Under the pieces are notes generated by a model. That model was not told the DNA's origin, made no database searches, and was given only the letters and a program-made list of their open reading frames with translations. Both the position numbers and the translations under genes were made by a program. 64,000 nucleotides of DNA, taken from NCBI GenBank assembly GCA_002633005.1, contig NMRA01000529.1, positions 186,001 through 250,000 on the forward strand. Direction: 5' to 3'. The stretch is from Phoronis australis. Taxonomy: Eukaryota; Animalia; Phoronida. Positions 41,801 to 56,800 of the stretch are shown here, piece after piece. The first letter of the stretch is position 1. Every line of letters starts with the position of its first letter.

Positions 41801-44800
41801 TGTATTGGGCTAACCAGATAGTCCTCCCAAAGCCTTAGTAAACTAAGAAAACACGAGTTCGATCACGCAAATGTAAGCCCCTCTAATGATTGGAGAAGTT
41901 GCCTTTTCATGCCATGTTGCGCCACCGCGAGATCCCATCACAAACAACAAAAGGCCGATAACAATTGTATTGACTAGGGTTCTGAACAGAACACCTTTGC
42001 GTGCGGGTGTTACTCGCAGATGTTTGAATGAAAAGGTGATTCTCGCAGTGACGTAGATAAAAGGAAACAAATGCAGTTCGCTAAATTTGGCAATTTATGG
42101 CACTAGTTGGCTCAGAGCGATGCTCTTAACATACTGTAGGAACCAAATTTGCAGGCGTTGCCGCTGAAGTAAGCATTTTGTGTTGGTACACAATACATAC
42201 TTTCTAAAATCGCTTTGAGGTGGTGGCGTGTTACAACTATTATTAAAATCTCTCAGCCTATTTACATTGTCACTACGTTTCGGTCGGTCAATTCTCCGGC
42301 CATTGGCAGGTGTTACGCACCCGCCCGTGTGGAATGAGTAACCAGGCGGCCTGATCAGCCTGCAGGGCTACATGTACAGCCGTGTCGTAATCAGTTTGAC
42401 AGTGGCTAACCAATGTCTATACAGTCCAGCTCTCTTATTGTCTCTTTTCATCTGTTACGCTCACGTAATACAGTAATTGTGTTGTAAAGAGCGCGCCAGG
42501 CGCTCATCAACATTTCGTGCAAACGACATTCAACTTATGTCGTTAAACAGATGTGTTTCTTATGAAATACTTTCACCAAAAAAACTTTGAATGGAGAAAA
42601 ACGGTTGACTTTCAGAGAAATTACATGTACTGTTAACTTTCACTTGTTGATTCCTTTGTGTGACTGTAAGATCTGACCAGCTTAATCACAGTGTTGTGTA
42701 CCAACACAAAATGCGTGCTTGACAAGTTTAATCGAACGTGATTCTAGTAGAGATCGTGATAGTGGAAATTTCTTGATTTTTACACTCCAGCGGAGTGGTA
42801 CGTAATGCAAATTTATGGACTGCCTCAAGTGATAGCACTTACAAGCAACACTTTGCTTAAAGATGTCCCTTACCTATTCCGACTCCGATGTTATTTGAAG
42901 CTAACTGGAGATCGTAAAGCCCGCCATAGCCCATTCGGTACCAATAGCTTGTACCGTGGTCCCACAGAATATCGAATTTTCCAGGGCTCCACGGTCTAAT
43001 AACAGTACCAACAGCGCCCTGGTCCTGTTTTAAAGAAAAAATCTAATCAGAGAGGGCATTCGGGAGCTCACTCGTGTTATACATGTAATCTAACTACTGA
43101 ACATAATACGTTTAAAACAGAACTTAAGTAGATGTGGAAAAAATGAAAGGGTGGTTATATGTAGTTTGGATTACATTGGGTATGAACATAGAAGCCTCAT
43201 TCGGTAGAAAAGCTGTTGTTCCTTTTGATTAACAATACCTAATTCTGTAGTTTATCTCTGGTAATCAGTCGGAATATCAGATTTAAAGGAGGTAAAGGAC
43301 GCATTAATCTTATCGCCAAAGGTACCCTTCTCAGAGCAGGCCGCTTTCGTAAAATGTTGCAAATTTTCGATAAATAAAAAGAGCGCCAAACTGAGGTCAT
43401 CAGCACGGACCTCTTCCAGGGCTCACATACAAAGATATATACCAGGTGTCCCAAAATTTTGAGCCACTTTTTGACAAGTAATTTCTCATCACTTGAATAA
43501 CCTAATTCGTTCAAATTGTATAATGTACCTTCGGGGTGCCATCAACAAATCTAAAAATTATACAGTATCAAATAAATATATACAGATTATTACGTGACAA
43601 AGTAGTTATCGCCCGTAGTCTAGAGCCTGAGTGGATTTTGGAGAATTATCGCCCAAGGGGCTTTAGCCCCGAGGGTTATGTTTTCAGTCCTGCCGCGATG
43701 GACCTGATCGGGTTCCGAGCCACAGGCCGGGAAAGCAAGCGTTTTGGTTTGTCTAGAACTGAAAAAATGCAAGTCTAAAATTACAACACACAGCTACTGT
43801 ATGTTCTCCTGTCTGTATTTCACGGACGAATAATTTGAATCTATCGAAGACCAGACCCCAAACTCCCGTGACCGACCTTAGGCAAATTGGCCTGCTAAAC
43901 TTTGTACTAGGCTATGGTACTTTCAAATATCTAAAAATTCGTAACAGCGAAATAAAATAACACGTCTGTTCAATAACTCGATGTATTTGTAAGGGTTTTC
44001 CGTCGAATTTTGATGCATTATTGTTGTTAAACGATGAATTCAAATGATAAGCTGAAACCAGTAAACGTGATATGAACTGCTGAACAGACTGCATCCGAAC
44101 CTCTGACGTCATTGGTTAATTTCAACACTTCCGTCTACCGTCACGTGTCAAGTGAAAGAGCTATACTTGCTGTTATCGGGTGCAAGTGCTCGATCCAAAT
44201 TGATACAAACTAGGTCGTTTTTGGATGGCACGCTCCTTTTAGTATATTTTTGGTCATCTCTCCTTATATACTGTTTGGCTATTAATCGCACAAAATTAAA
44301 TCGAAAATCATTTGTCTCATAAAGTCTAAGAATAACACGTTTGTAAGAGAGGCAGTTGGAAAGCTGATTGAGACACTTTTGCAGTAGATGTCTGAAATCC
44401 TTCTAAAAATCTTGCACTGACTGACATTCCCAAAAAAGGTGTGCCAGCGTCTCTGGACCTTTGTTACGAAAGGAACATAAATAGGGAATCCTGCACGAGT
44501 CTCAGGTTCATGACATGGGCAAAGCCTCTTGGAAATTTCGCTAAAAACCCGAGGTTTGTTTTCGCACATAAACCGTAAAAACAATCTTTTTGCCGAAAAA
44601 CTCGACGAGTCCCAAACTTTCAACCACATGACGCATTTTTGTAAAGACGCGCTTGCACAATGTGAAGTAAACTCGGATACTTTTTGTGAATAGTTATATA
44701 TTAAACTAACCAATTTTAAATTGCATTCAGCTTTCGTAATAAATATTCAGGTTAGAATCAATAAATAAGCTTTGAAGTTGTAATATTAAACCTTAAACAT

Positions 44801-47800
44801 GTTCATAAATAACAGTCAGCAAGGCTTCCCTGGATTGACCCTGGGACAGCACAGCTAGATAGCCTCACCACGTTTCTTGAGTTGGAGTCTCCGTTTGGAT
44901 GAGCGTGGATATGGAATTTACCGCCAAAGATGGATCCGTTTAATAATTTGTTTGTTTGTCCTTCCGAGTGGGAGTACGTACAGTTGCGACACTCGATTTG
45001 TCAAATTATAATCTTGTCACCTTTACGGAATTCCAACATTGCTTGATTGGTGAGCGCTTAGAGTTTTGCAGACGATAAAGGGTAAGGTGTATGGATTTCT
45101 ACTTTGCCCTACATGTACCTTGTGATTTGTCCCTGTACATGTGATATCAGAACAATTACGAACTCGGTGTTATTAACCACTCATGTCATAACACATTCCA
45201 GGTCATGCGGGAAATTAGAATCCCGAATTTGGATTTTGACTAAAAAGTGTTTTTTTGCGATAATCCAGTGCAATATTCTTAATTGGAACCATTTAATGTT
45301 GGGATTCTTTGTTATTTCGTAAGGCAATGCGTACATTTTCTTTCAATCTAAACTATCTCCTAACTCTATTTTCGATATGTTGCTTCTGACTAAGGTTGCT
45401 TTATGTCGTTAAGGATAGAGCAGATATGTCTAAAGCCCTTCACATATTCCCGTAGGTGAGTAATTGCTATATGCATGCAAGGAGAATAGACATTAACACT
45501 TTTAAAGTTTCTTTGAAATATACTTTTTGAAACCTTCTTAAGACAGCAACACAATCATTATATTCTACAAAGTTGGTTTTTACATCGAACACATTTGCCA
45601 TATGGTCTAAACTAATAAAAGTGCCATCAGAGGCATACACAACTCTGATAAATCTTAAGCCTACAAGACAAGAGTTATAAAAACACTTCTGCCTCAAATC
45701 CCCAAATTAGTATTAAACCACAAAGGTTGAAAGTCTTTTTTACTTGCAACAATTACTTTTTATAGAATGATGTCATACTTGCAAATACGTCACGCAAGTA
45801 GGAATTATCAATTGACCTATCGCAAGCTCCGCCCCTATGCGAACAGTCACGTGATACCCGACATTCGAACGAGATGTCAGAGGCAAATACACTGTCGCTA
45901 AACGACGTTCCTGGTGGAATCTATGAGTGTTTCTGCACTATTTGAAAACGCGTCGGCAGAGACAGGAGGCGATGCTTTTCAACAGTGAATCGTACGTTCA
46001 TGATATGGGAATTTGTAAAGGTGACGATGAAAAATAAGTGCTCGAGGAGCCAGCGAAAATCCGAAGAACCCCTCGGCCTCGGGGCCACCTTCACCTGACA
46101 AATGACAAGGCCACTGATAAGGTATGTTCATGTAAAGCTGGGTTTGTACCTTAAAGTCGAATTATCTTTACGATTCCATAAATTTCATGATCTTTGGAAT
46201 AAAATCAGTGAAGATTCACCGATATTTTTATTCTGTGTCGTCTGCTAAATTTCGCCAAATGAAAACTAGGTCACAACTGGTGGGACTTCTGGAGTAAAGT
46301 AGGGCATAGATTACAGACAACACATGCACTATAGTCTCTGACTAGGTCGACTCGATAGCACTGTATACGCTTTTCTAATCTTGTAACGAAATATTTTGGT
46401 AAAAAATTCAGGTTCATAGCTCAGGTACACACTCATCTCGTCCTGGCCAAACAGTTAGTTCCGGTAGGTCTAGGGCTGTGTCTAAGTAAAATTAATGTCT
46501 GGAATTCAGTGACGGATCTAGGATACCACAGGGGGGGGGCAAAATGTTGCCTCGTGGAATTTGGCAAAGTGCAATTGTATGTGCACAGGCGGCCCGAAAG
46601 TTGCAAGGGTCAGGGATGTAGACCGTTGGACTTTCTGTTCAGAAAATCTACCTGTGGCCTAAAAAAACAGGAACACGNAAATCCTTTTATGGAATTGTCC
46701 GTTTGCACTATTAAGACATTTAAATTAGGCCTACCTTCTTATGAACTTGGCATTTTTGTAGTTTCATTCCATAAAAATAGCTTTCATTTTATTTTGAAGG
46801 TAGCATGATCACTAAGTCGTGGTATGGTTATAAAAGATTAAAAGTCTGGTGTGGTATTAGCAAAAATACGCTATTTACAAAAATAACTCAAATTGTTTGT
46901 TAAAGCTTCATAAACCTAAATATCATGTTTGAACAACTTCAAAATGAGCTCTCTCTAACTCTACAGACACAGTGTATACTAGAGGTACACGTCAAAAAGT
47001 AATTCAACAGATTATTTTTAGTGACAACAGCTCGGCCAAGGCTTTGAGTTACGGCAGTAATCCAGTGCCCTTCCCTGTGCCGATCGAATCTCTGAATTTT
47101 GACCGGGAGAGAAGTTCAGTTGAACGCCAGCTTACGGCTCATGAATAACAAAAATGTACCTCTGATACGACAGAAAATAATGTCCATTAGGTTGAAATAA
47201 ATAAATAAACGTAAAATAAAAATGTCCTTGAAAACAACAATTTCCGGGGACTACCGCTAGAGTGCTGAGATCCAGCAGGTGCCGAGACAAAGGCAGCCAG
47301 ACGTAGCCAACTCGGGAGTCAGAATCTGAGATAGCTCTGCACCATAGCCACCAAGCTGAAAAGTGCGTATCTTGAAACTAATATATTTGTGCTTATAATA
47401 GCCTTCGCTATGTTCAGCTGCTCGTGTGGCCGTACAGTTTGATCCATAGTTTACGCTTTTCAACATCCTTTTTCGGCTTAGGACATGCCAAAAAAATGAC
47501 GGGATATTATTCTGGATCAGCATAACGGCTCTCGGTGCTACACACGTCATATCAACACCGTTTCCCCCTTCTTCGTGGACAATTTCTTGAGCTATAGACT
47601 AAAGTAAGTTTTACTCGACTGCGTGTGGTTTGTCGGGTAAAATGGCGGCTTGGAAACGCAGACGAAGGTGTGCCAAGAATGCTGCGTTCTGATTGGTCAA
47701 TTAAGCCGGCTGTCATAATCCTGACGATAGGTCAATTAGAGATAACTTTGACTTAATTGTTTTCTCCAAATGAAGCGAAATAAGAGCGGTAAGAGTGAGT

Positions 47801-50800
47801 ATAGTAATTAACCACCGAAGGGCTTTCAAGATATCAACGGGCCATGGTGAATTTTAAAGATTTGCTGAAAGTAAGAATACTAACCATTTGAGTCACCCTT
47901 GGTTTAGTGCTAAACAGGCCATATTTTTTATATTACCATCACAGCCCTGCCTGTGACTATAGTTGATGTTGGATATCTAATTTATTTTTATCATCAACAT
48001 CTTCACTGCTTGCTTGCAGTCACGGGTACATTTACATGTACTGTATATACTGACTTTGGTTCCTAATTTTCCAAAGAAAGTCAATGGTGCATATGTAAAC
48101 AACACCTTAGAGAAGCCAGGTAATTTCTGCTAACCTTTAAAGAAAAGCCAGGCTGACTTTGAGGATGAACCTGGTCAAAGGTCAAACTTGCCTCGGTGTA
48201 TTGAGGAATTGCCATATGAGGGCAAAGATAGGTACATTTATCAGTGTACACAATGGTAAAAGTATGGCGAAAACGATGTTATGTATTAAGCGTTTCTGTC
48301 TTCCTAATGCTACATGTACACAATGCACCTTATATCACACTGTTTCGGTAAGTGAACAAAGACGTACAACTCTTACCTGGTTTCCCCAATCCCAGTCACG
48401 GCCTCTAACGACACGTGTACCACGAACCATCATTGGCACCAGTTCCTCTCCGTGCGGTATGCTCCGTGTACGCCATATTACTATTTAATGACAAGGAAAT
48501 TGTATATGGTGATGCCGTCAGTTGTAGCTAATTAAAAAACTCTCTGATGAGAGCTCGAAATGAGAACCCTCCACCTCCCTCCCTCCCTCCCTCCTTNNNN
48601 NNNNNNNNNNNNNNNNNNNNNNNNNNNNNNNNNNNNNNNNNNNNNNNNNNNNNNNNNNNNNNNNNNNNNNNNNNNNNNNNNNNNNNNNNNNNNNNNNNNN
48701 NNNNNNNNNNNNNNNNNNNNNNNNNATGGCATAATGCATATCAAAATTTCTGGACTTACTGTAGATACTAATCAACACATAGAGTCACCATCTGGGAGAC
48801 GTCTAAGAGCAGCTGAAGATGGCGTGACGGCATTGGCGGGGAGTGTGGTCACGTGGGTTGTCACACAGTGTCTTCGATTTTAGAAGTAATGCAACGGATA
48901 GGTTATAGCCTAGTCACCCGTGTCATATGAGGCGGGGGCTCAATTCTCTCGTTAATCGCCTCCTCACCCTACGGGAACACCAATCCTCTTCATAATCAAG
49001 GATCACCACATTTTCCGTAAAAATGATGGTGTGATGCGCAAAGGTGACTAAAGACTGCTGAGTCGTAATTATGTAGAGTGAGGGTGTTTATAAACACTAT
49101 TTGTAAGTGCCTGCTCCGTTTCTCCAACATAGGATTGTGGACATTCGTCTTCCATACACGTTATCCTATACACAACATTGAAACGTTTTTCTGTCGATGT
49201 TTTGTCTTTTACACCTATGTACTCCTAGAGTTAATGGGTTTGAATGCTACATGTATGGACATCCCGTGTTGTACTAATATCCCCTGTGTTGGTGAGCTGG
49301 GAACATCATGTTACAAACTCTCCGCCATTTGTTAACGGTTTTTGGGTTGGTATAGATGAAGTGATAACATTTTATGAGGCAACCTTTCTTGTGTCGCACC
49401 CGTTTAGGCGTTACTCGGTAGTATAGGCTTACGTGACCGGTTATGTAGGGACAATACATGTACATTGGGACATAAGACACGTATCTTAAGATTCATGTAA
49501 ACTCTTACAACCGTGCCTTACTACCAACTACATGTACTTCAGTATCCACAGTCAAATTTACACCCAACAACATACTGAAGGTGCCCAATGGGTATCGACT
49601 ACTGTTGTCAACAGATACATGTGTATGAAGGACCTCGTAGAAAAATCCTTGTGAGTTTGTCTGGTTCCTGTCCACATGCGTGGCTTCGTTATGTTGATGA
49701 CACCAGCGTGACAAGCGTTTAAAATTCACTGGGGAACGAAGTAATTGCTGATGGCTCTCTGTCCTTCCTGGATTGTCTAGTGACAAGAAACCACACATGC
49801 AGACTATTACATTCAATTGAACCACCCATGTGTTCACAAAATTGGTTTGATATGATCACTGAATTTCAATGCTATTACTTTCCCCAACAGCGTGAGGAAG
49901 AAATCCAACTGGAAATTGATCGCATTAAAGGAGCATGCCACCCAAAATACAACCCATTTTGTATCAATTTAGATCGAGTAGTTCTACTCGATAGCGGCAC
50001 GTTCGGTTGCGTTACCTAACACCTGACGGCAGACGGAGGTGTTGAAATTATCCAATGACGTACATGTAATTGGTTTCACAGGCAGTTTGATCAGCAGTTC
50101 ACAACAAGGGTTACTTGTGTCAGCTTATCGCTTTAATTCATCGTCTAAGACCAATAAATCATCAAACTTCGATGTAAAACCCTTAAAAATACACCGAGTT
50201 CTTATAAAAACGTGTTGTTTTATTTCTCTATTACAAATTTATTTGACACACCTACAAAGTTCAGAAGGCCAATTTACCGAGGTCCGTAGCCAGGAGTTTG
50301 GGGTCTGTTCGGATATAAATTCGAAGTATTCTTCCGTGATATACAGACAGGAGTACCTAGATCTGTGTTGTTTAGACTTATGATTTTTTTAGTTTTAAAC
50401 ACACAAAACGCTTGTTATCCCGGCCAGTGGCTCGCCGGGGGAACCCGATCAGGCCCGTTGCGGCCGGATTCAGTGACTCGTTATCCCGGCCAGTGGCTCG
50501 GAACCCGATCAGCTCCGTCGCAGCCGAACTGAAGACATCACGAACATAAACCAATCAAAGTTGGAAACTAAACTTCCAGTCAAGAAAAAAAAACTATACT
50601 AGTGAGCCAAAGAAGTAATGTGCACGTGATTATGTTGTTGAATTAGCCCCGAAACTGCAAATTTACTTACTCCTCGGGCGTCGCGAATTCAGGTTCCCCT
50701 GTGGCCACAGAACCGTCATCGTAGAAATTGTAAACTGACAGTCATTATTTGACTTATGTATAGGTAAATAAAATTTCCCTAACACGTACATGTATCTAGC

Positions 50801-53800
50801 CATGGGATAGAAAATCGAGTTATTGTTTCACAACAGTTTTTGTCAGCAAACACTGAATTAGCATGCGCTCAAACGGCCTCGGTGTCCGGTCAATTAGTTT
50901 TATTGCACCTAAAGCCGGTAACGCGGTGATTTATTCATTGCTGGCTTCTCAGTCAAATATTTGCACTAACGAACACTCCACAGGCATTACTAATTGCATC
51001 GAATGAGACAGACTTTTTTCAGTTTTATATAAGTATTGGTTAGGGTGAGAAAAATTCATTTTGAAACAGAACAATCACTAATGAACGTCAACATGGCATC
51101 TAGCAATCCCTACTTAAACGAGAGCTCATCCGACGAAGACTTCGCAGGTGGATCGTTAAGTTTCACAGGCTATCAGTTGGAACCGGAATACAGTGATGGA
51201 GAAATACTAGAAGCGCCGTGAACAAACTCAGGCTACGGAACGTATGCATCTGGTAAGCCGGCATTCGTTAGACTCACTGTCGACGACTGCAGGCCACAGA
51301 CACGGAGATGATTCACGGCTTCATACTCGCTATTCTCAGCGTACTTTTCATTCTTCACTACCGCGAGCCACTTCCTAAGCTCGAGGAAGTCGAAAAAACG
51401 ATATACCCGCTTTCCTCGCAGGGGTGTCCACAGCATTCAAACTGATGAACTCCCTCGGAAGTAATATAGTTAATGAAAGAGACAAGACACCGAAAAACAA
51501 GCGTCCCAGTGTTGCACATGGGAAAAGGTGTGGGAACGACGAATGTTCAGAGCCTCTGAGGGGGAAAGGACGCAGGCTCTTAAAAGTAGGTTTTATCAAC
51601 AGTCTCTCTAGCTATAGAGATAAGTATGACTCAGCAATTTTTATTCACTTTTGCACATTACACCAAGATTTTTCTTGGTGATGCTTTTTACTTAGGAGGA
51701 CTTGCTTTTCTTTGGTGTACTAGAGACGATTTTCGAGAGAAGTGAGTCACTGAGCCTCAAAAGATACAGAGCTAAGGCATAGCCTACCAGTTCCGTGGAA
51801 TAGCATGTTAAGTCACCAACCAAAGAAATTGTGTCATAAGTGACAACACGCCAGCACTTCGGCTTCAAATGATGTCTAGAAGTCTCCGAGATGAGGAAAG
51901 TACGGTATCATTAGAATGCAGTAAGCCCATAAAATGGATTTAGTTTTGATTCGCAATACAGTATGCTTGGATGATTTATGAACCATTGTCATTAGTTGAA
52001 CCTGTCTATTTAAAGCAGATCAATGACGACAGTCACCTGGTAGGACACACCATTTCGGATCTTCCGACGGACGCCATATTAGCCCGGCTACATTCAACTT
52101 CTTGCGCATAACGTTGACCTAATTCCAGTGTACATGTGTAATACACCAAAGAGCATCTTTTTAAAAACTATCTTGTCAAAAAGTATCATCATGACACCAT
52201 CTTGACATTTGAGGGGATTCTGCTGTCATAATATAATTTAGGCTGCCTGATGCAGCTTTGGAAACAGCGTGATCCTCACATTTCCCATTTTTTTCAATAC
52301 TTTTATTTACCCAGAAAGCATGTCATTAATGAATAGTAGATACGGCTGGGGTTGGGTAGCCCTAACTACGTATCTTTACAACTTACTAGAGTACATGTAT
52401 AATACATCATATTAATTAAACAAATAACTATCTGGAAAATACTCCTAATGATTGGGTGAATAATTAGCCGAGAATTTTATGAAAGGAGGGACGGGAAGGG
52501 GAGGACTTTCACGCACTCATTCACACTCACATTCACACAGTTTAAGTAACTTAACTTATGCTTACATTTACGTGGGTGCATATTTATGAAAAGGTCAATT
52601 TTCTTATTGTAGTTTTGCGACTGGGAAGCAAATGAAAGACTTTCAACAACAATTTTAGCTATCGATGACGTCAGACCGGATGCTAGCACGCTTTGGAGGA
52701 CAAAGGAGAAACGTAACCTTTGGTTTATTGAATCACGTTCAACCTCATACATTACAGAAAGATATTTTCACTTCCAAGTCAAAGTTACCCCCTTTCTCTC
52801 GCTGCCATGGAGTGCCTGCTGGTTGGTCAATAGAGGCAAACAGTCACCAAGTGTGTTTAGACGTTATACCTGTAAGGGTCCCTTCTCTTTTGTTGCTTTC
52901 GCTTGAACAGTAAGAAACTTAAAACTTGCCTTCGCTAACTTGTGTTCCATTGACGTCAACAATGGTGCCGTTGATGTATTGGATGCCAATCCATAAACTT
53001 ACGTTCTGCCTGTTGCCATTCAGCTGGGTCGCCTAAAACATCCAAACATTAGCGTTCGCTGAGAACGTATCCTTTCATTTTAGTTTTGGCTCTGCGTCTA
53101 ATCTAGAAAGTTTGCCTCTTTTCGTTTAAAGTAAAAGTACCAGAAAATTGACGCATAAAATGAAAGCATACGTTAAAGGAGAATGCCACCCAAAAAAACA
53201 AACCTACATGTATTTTGTATCAATATAGATAGGGTCGTTCTACATGATAAGAGCACCTTCGGTTGCGTTACCTGACACCTCACGGCAGACGGAGGTGTTG
53301 AAATTATCCAATGACGTCATCGGTTTCACGCGCAGTCTGTTCAGCAGTTCACAACAGGGTTTGCTGGTGTCAGCTTATCGCTTGAATTCATCGTATAACA
53401 CCAAAAATTCATCAAAATTTGATACAAAATCCTTAAAAATGCACCGAGTTCTTATAGAAACGGGTTGTTTTATTTCGCTGTTACGGATTTATTGGTATTT
53501 GGACACACCGTAGCCTACAAAGTTGGTCAGGCCAATTTAGGCCTACCAAGGTCCGTAGCAGGTCGAGTTTTGGCTTCTGTTCGGAGATAAATTCGAAATA
53601 TTCTTCTTTGAAATACAGACCGTAGAACCTAGATCTGTGTTGTTTAGACTTGTGATTTTTTTAGGTCTAAACTCACAAAACGCTTGTTATCCCGGCCAGT
53701 GGCTCGGAACCCGATCAGGCCCGTCGCGGCCGGACTGACTCGTTATTTCGGTTAGTGGCTCGGAACCCTATCAGATCCGTCGCGGCTGGACTGAATACAT

Positions 53801-56800
53801 CATGAACATAAACCAGCCTAAAATGGAAACTAAACTGCCAGTCAAGAAAGTATTTTACTAGTGAGCCAAAGAAGTAATGTACACGTGATTATGTTAGTGA
53901 TTTAGCCAAGAAACTGCAAATCTATACTGTACTTACTCGTCGGGCCAGACCGCGAATTCAGGTTCCCCTTTGGCCACAGAACCGTCATCGCAGAAGTTGT
54001 ACATTGACAATGATGATTATTTAAGTAATGTATATGTAAATAAAGATTCCGCTAATGACCTGGCCGTGGAACAAAAAATCGATTTATTGTCTCACAACAG
54101 TTTCTGTCAGCAAACACTAAATTAGCATGTGCTCATTTGGTCGTGATGTCCGCCGGGTCAATTAGTTTTATTGCACCTAAAGTCGTTAACGCAGTGATTT
54201 ATTCATTGCTGGCTTCTCAAATCATTTGCACTCACGAACACTCCAAAGACATGATTACAAATTACATCTAATGAGACAGACATTGTTTCAGTTTTATATA
54301 AGTATTGGTTAGGGTGATAATAATTCATTTTGAAACAAAACGCTCAGTAAAAAACGTCAACAAGGCAACTCGAAATTCCGATTTGGAGGAGTGCTCATCT
54401 GACGAAGACTTCCCAGGTATAGATACATGTAGTTAGGTTTCTCAGGATATCAGTTCGAACCAGAATACGCGTACCGATCAATAAATATTAGGGAAGCGCC
54501 GCGAACGTGCACAGACAATGGAAAACACTCTCAATAACCTGTCATTGTGTCAATGCGCTAACTGCACCATAATGGAAACGACTGACGCATGCGTTTGTTG
54601 CCACGAAATTCAACATGTGGAACGCCTCTTGGAGAAATGCGTCTCACGGATCAACCTGGTTTTGCACCGCATCTGAACAGAGGTGTGCTCACGACGTTTT
54701 TATGACTGGGAAAAGGAACTTACGAAAACATCCTACACTCAGAGGATCAAACAGAAGCCTGTCGAACGAGTAAGTCACCAAACAGGTTATTTAACATGCT
54801 CGCACCCACCCTAAAATATAGCGGGGGACCTGCCGAACGCAAACCCACTAGGCACAGCATCTGACTTCAGCCTCGGTCGCTTTTTCTGCCCTAACATGAA
54901 CTGTTTGGCAAGCCGAAATTCGTCAGTGAAATCCCGTCCTCGAAATGTCGGTCACAGAAACGGAGATGTTCACGGCCTCGTACTTGGTATGAACGCCGTA
55001 CTTTTCATATTTCAATGCCGCGAGCCACTTTCGAAGCATTTCGGGCTCGATCCCGAGGAAATCGAGAAAACGTTGTACCCGCTTTCCTCGCAGCTTCATA
55101 GTTTGCGCAAGCGGGAACGACTCATCACACCATGGCGGCACTCATTTGCAGATGAACCACTGAAATCGCTGCGGAGTTTCTCACCTTCCTCACAGGTTAA
55201 CGCGACACCTCTCGGCGAGGTGAGAACCACCGTGTACGAGCCGATACGGCCACAGACCGATTAAGACGGTAAATAAGACTAATCACATCGGGTGGCATTG
55301 TCCTTTAAGTTGGAGGTTCGTTTCTTGAAACTAAGCTGTACCTAAAAACAAATAGTACAGCTCACTGTAACATATGCAGATAGTCAACATTCTAAACCAA
55401 CTGCAAAATCGACATGGGATAATTCGAGACTTGAACGACATACAGCTGTACATGTGTATTCACCGAAACCAGGCTATACCAAAAGTGCAACCCTCTGATG
55501 TGGAATGCAACCATTTTCGTTCGATGCAATGTTCGTTAGTCTCCATGTGACGTGTACAATCTATGGTGTACACGTACAGTTCTACATAAAAAATGCAAGC
55601 TTGTACAATCAATTTTAAGTCAAATTCCTAAGCAATAGAAATATTTCCTCGATGGTAAAACAACGCAAGATGTAAGATTAACGATCGAATGCCAAAGTAT
55701 TTACTTGTTTACCAACTGTATATGTATTGGTTTCTTTTGATCAGCTAAAACTTGTATCACTCGTATCTAGGAAACACAGTTTTAATTCACTCAAATCAAT
55801 CGAACCTTGATTTTCAGATATACAACTGAACAATTATTGGAAGTTAATAAAGTTTTCACAGTTCCGACAAAAGAGCTACCTGTATTAAACATTTTCTCTG
55901 GCCCCTACGCTCTGTAAAGTTTGCCTCGAGTGTCACCCAATCGAGAGGCTACGCGCATAGGACATTTGAATGCACGTGATGATAAATGCACAGGTTATTG
56001 CTAATAACCAGTAAGCACAGTATTAGCCTGGCCATATCAATATGACCATGCTCCCAAAATGAAAATGAAGTTGCCTTATTTTTTTAGTTGGCTGAGTTTT
56101 TGTGTCTCAGATTCAATCTTGGGATGGAATCGTGAGTTTCTTTGAAACATAAATGAAAGTAACGCCACTGACTGTCCTCTGAGTCACAAAATTTGCAGGA
56201 TTCGCAGAAGCAGTTATTCACCACAATATACGACTTACACTGAAACTGTGTTGCACAAGTAATTATGATTATGTGCACACAATAACGTCGTAAGGAAACG
56301 AAAGAATGAGCGAAAGTACAATCCAAGTTTTGCAATGAATTTGCTAGTGCAAGTATTTTGAATGTTAATCTCGCTTGCACCAGTAGCGATCGTTTACAAG
56401 TGCAAACGTATACACTGAAGAATTAAGCGGTACAATTACAACTACTGAGAAGTGTTGACTTAAGAGGAACATATTCAAAGATACTTTAAGCTTTGTGCAA
56501 AAATTGGTTCAACTATTTCCTTTTTCACAATCAATTGTTTTGCGCAGCATCAAGCTCGCAGTTCCCTATATGTGTGTTGTCTGCAAAACTCCACCCTTTG
56601 CAAAGGCCACTCTCGTCTCTTCAACCGCTCTCAGCACATAGCCTTTCCCTGAGCCCCTCCATCCCAAATCAGTAACGTAAAATCTAACCTGTTCCCCAAT
56701 CCAGATTTGTTCTTCTTTGTCCTCCGGCACAACCAGTTGTAGTACTCTTTGCTGGCAATAGAGGGATGCATTATACCAATCCATGGTGCTGTTAGAGAAC

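Noticed and set aside
48518-48883. ORFs spanning the first gap
   Set aside because: Mostly X residues from the N run
52037-52118. Possible minus-strand exon (…[18 protein letters not shown]|GTGACT) resembling a CTLD loop
   Set aside because: Poor acceptor, and the lectin-like frame is not phase-compatible with the phase-1 end of exon 52930-53032; not needed for the model
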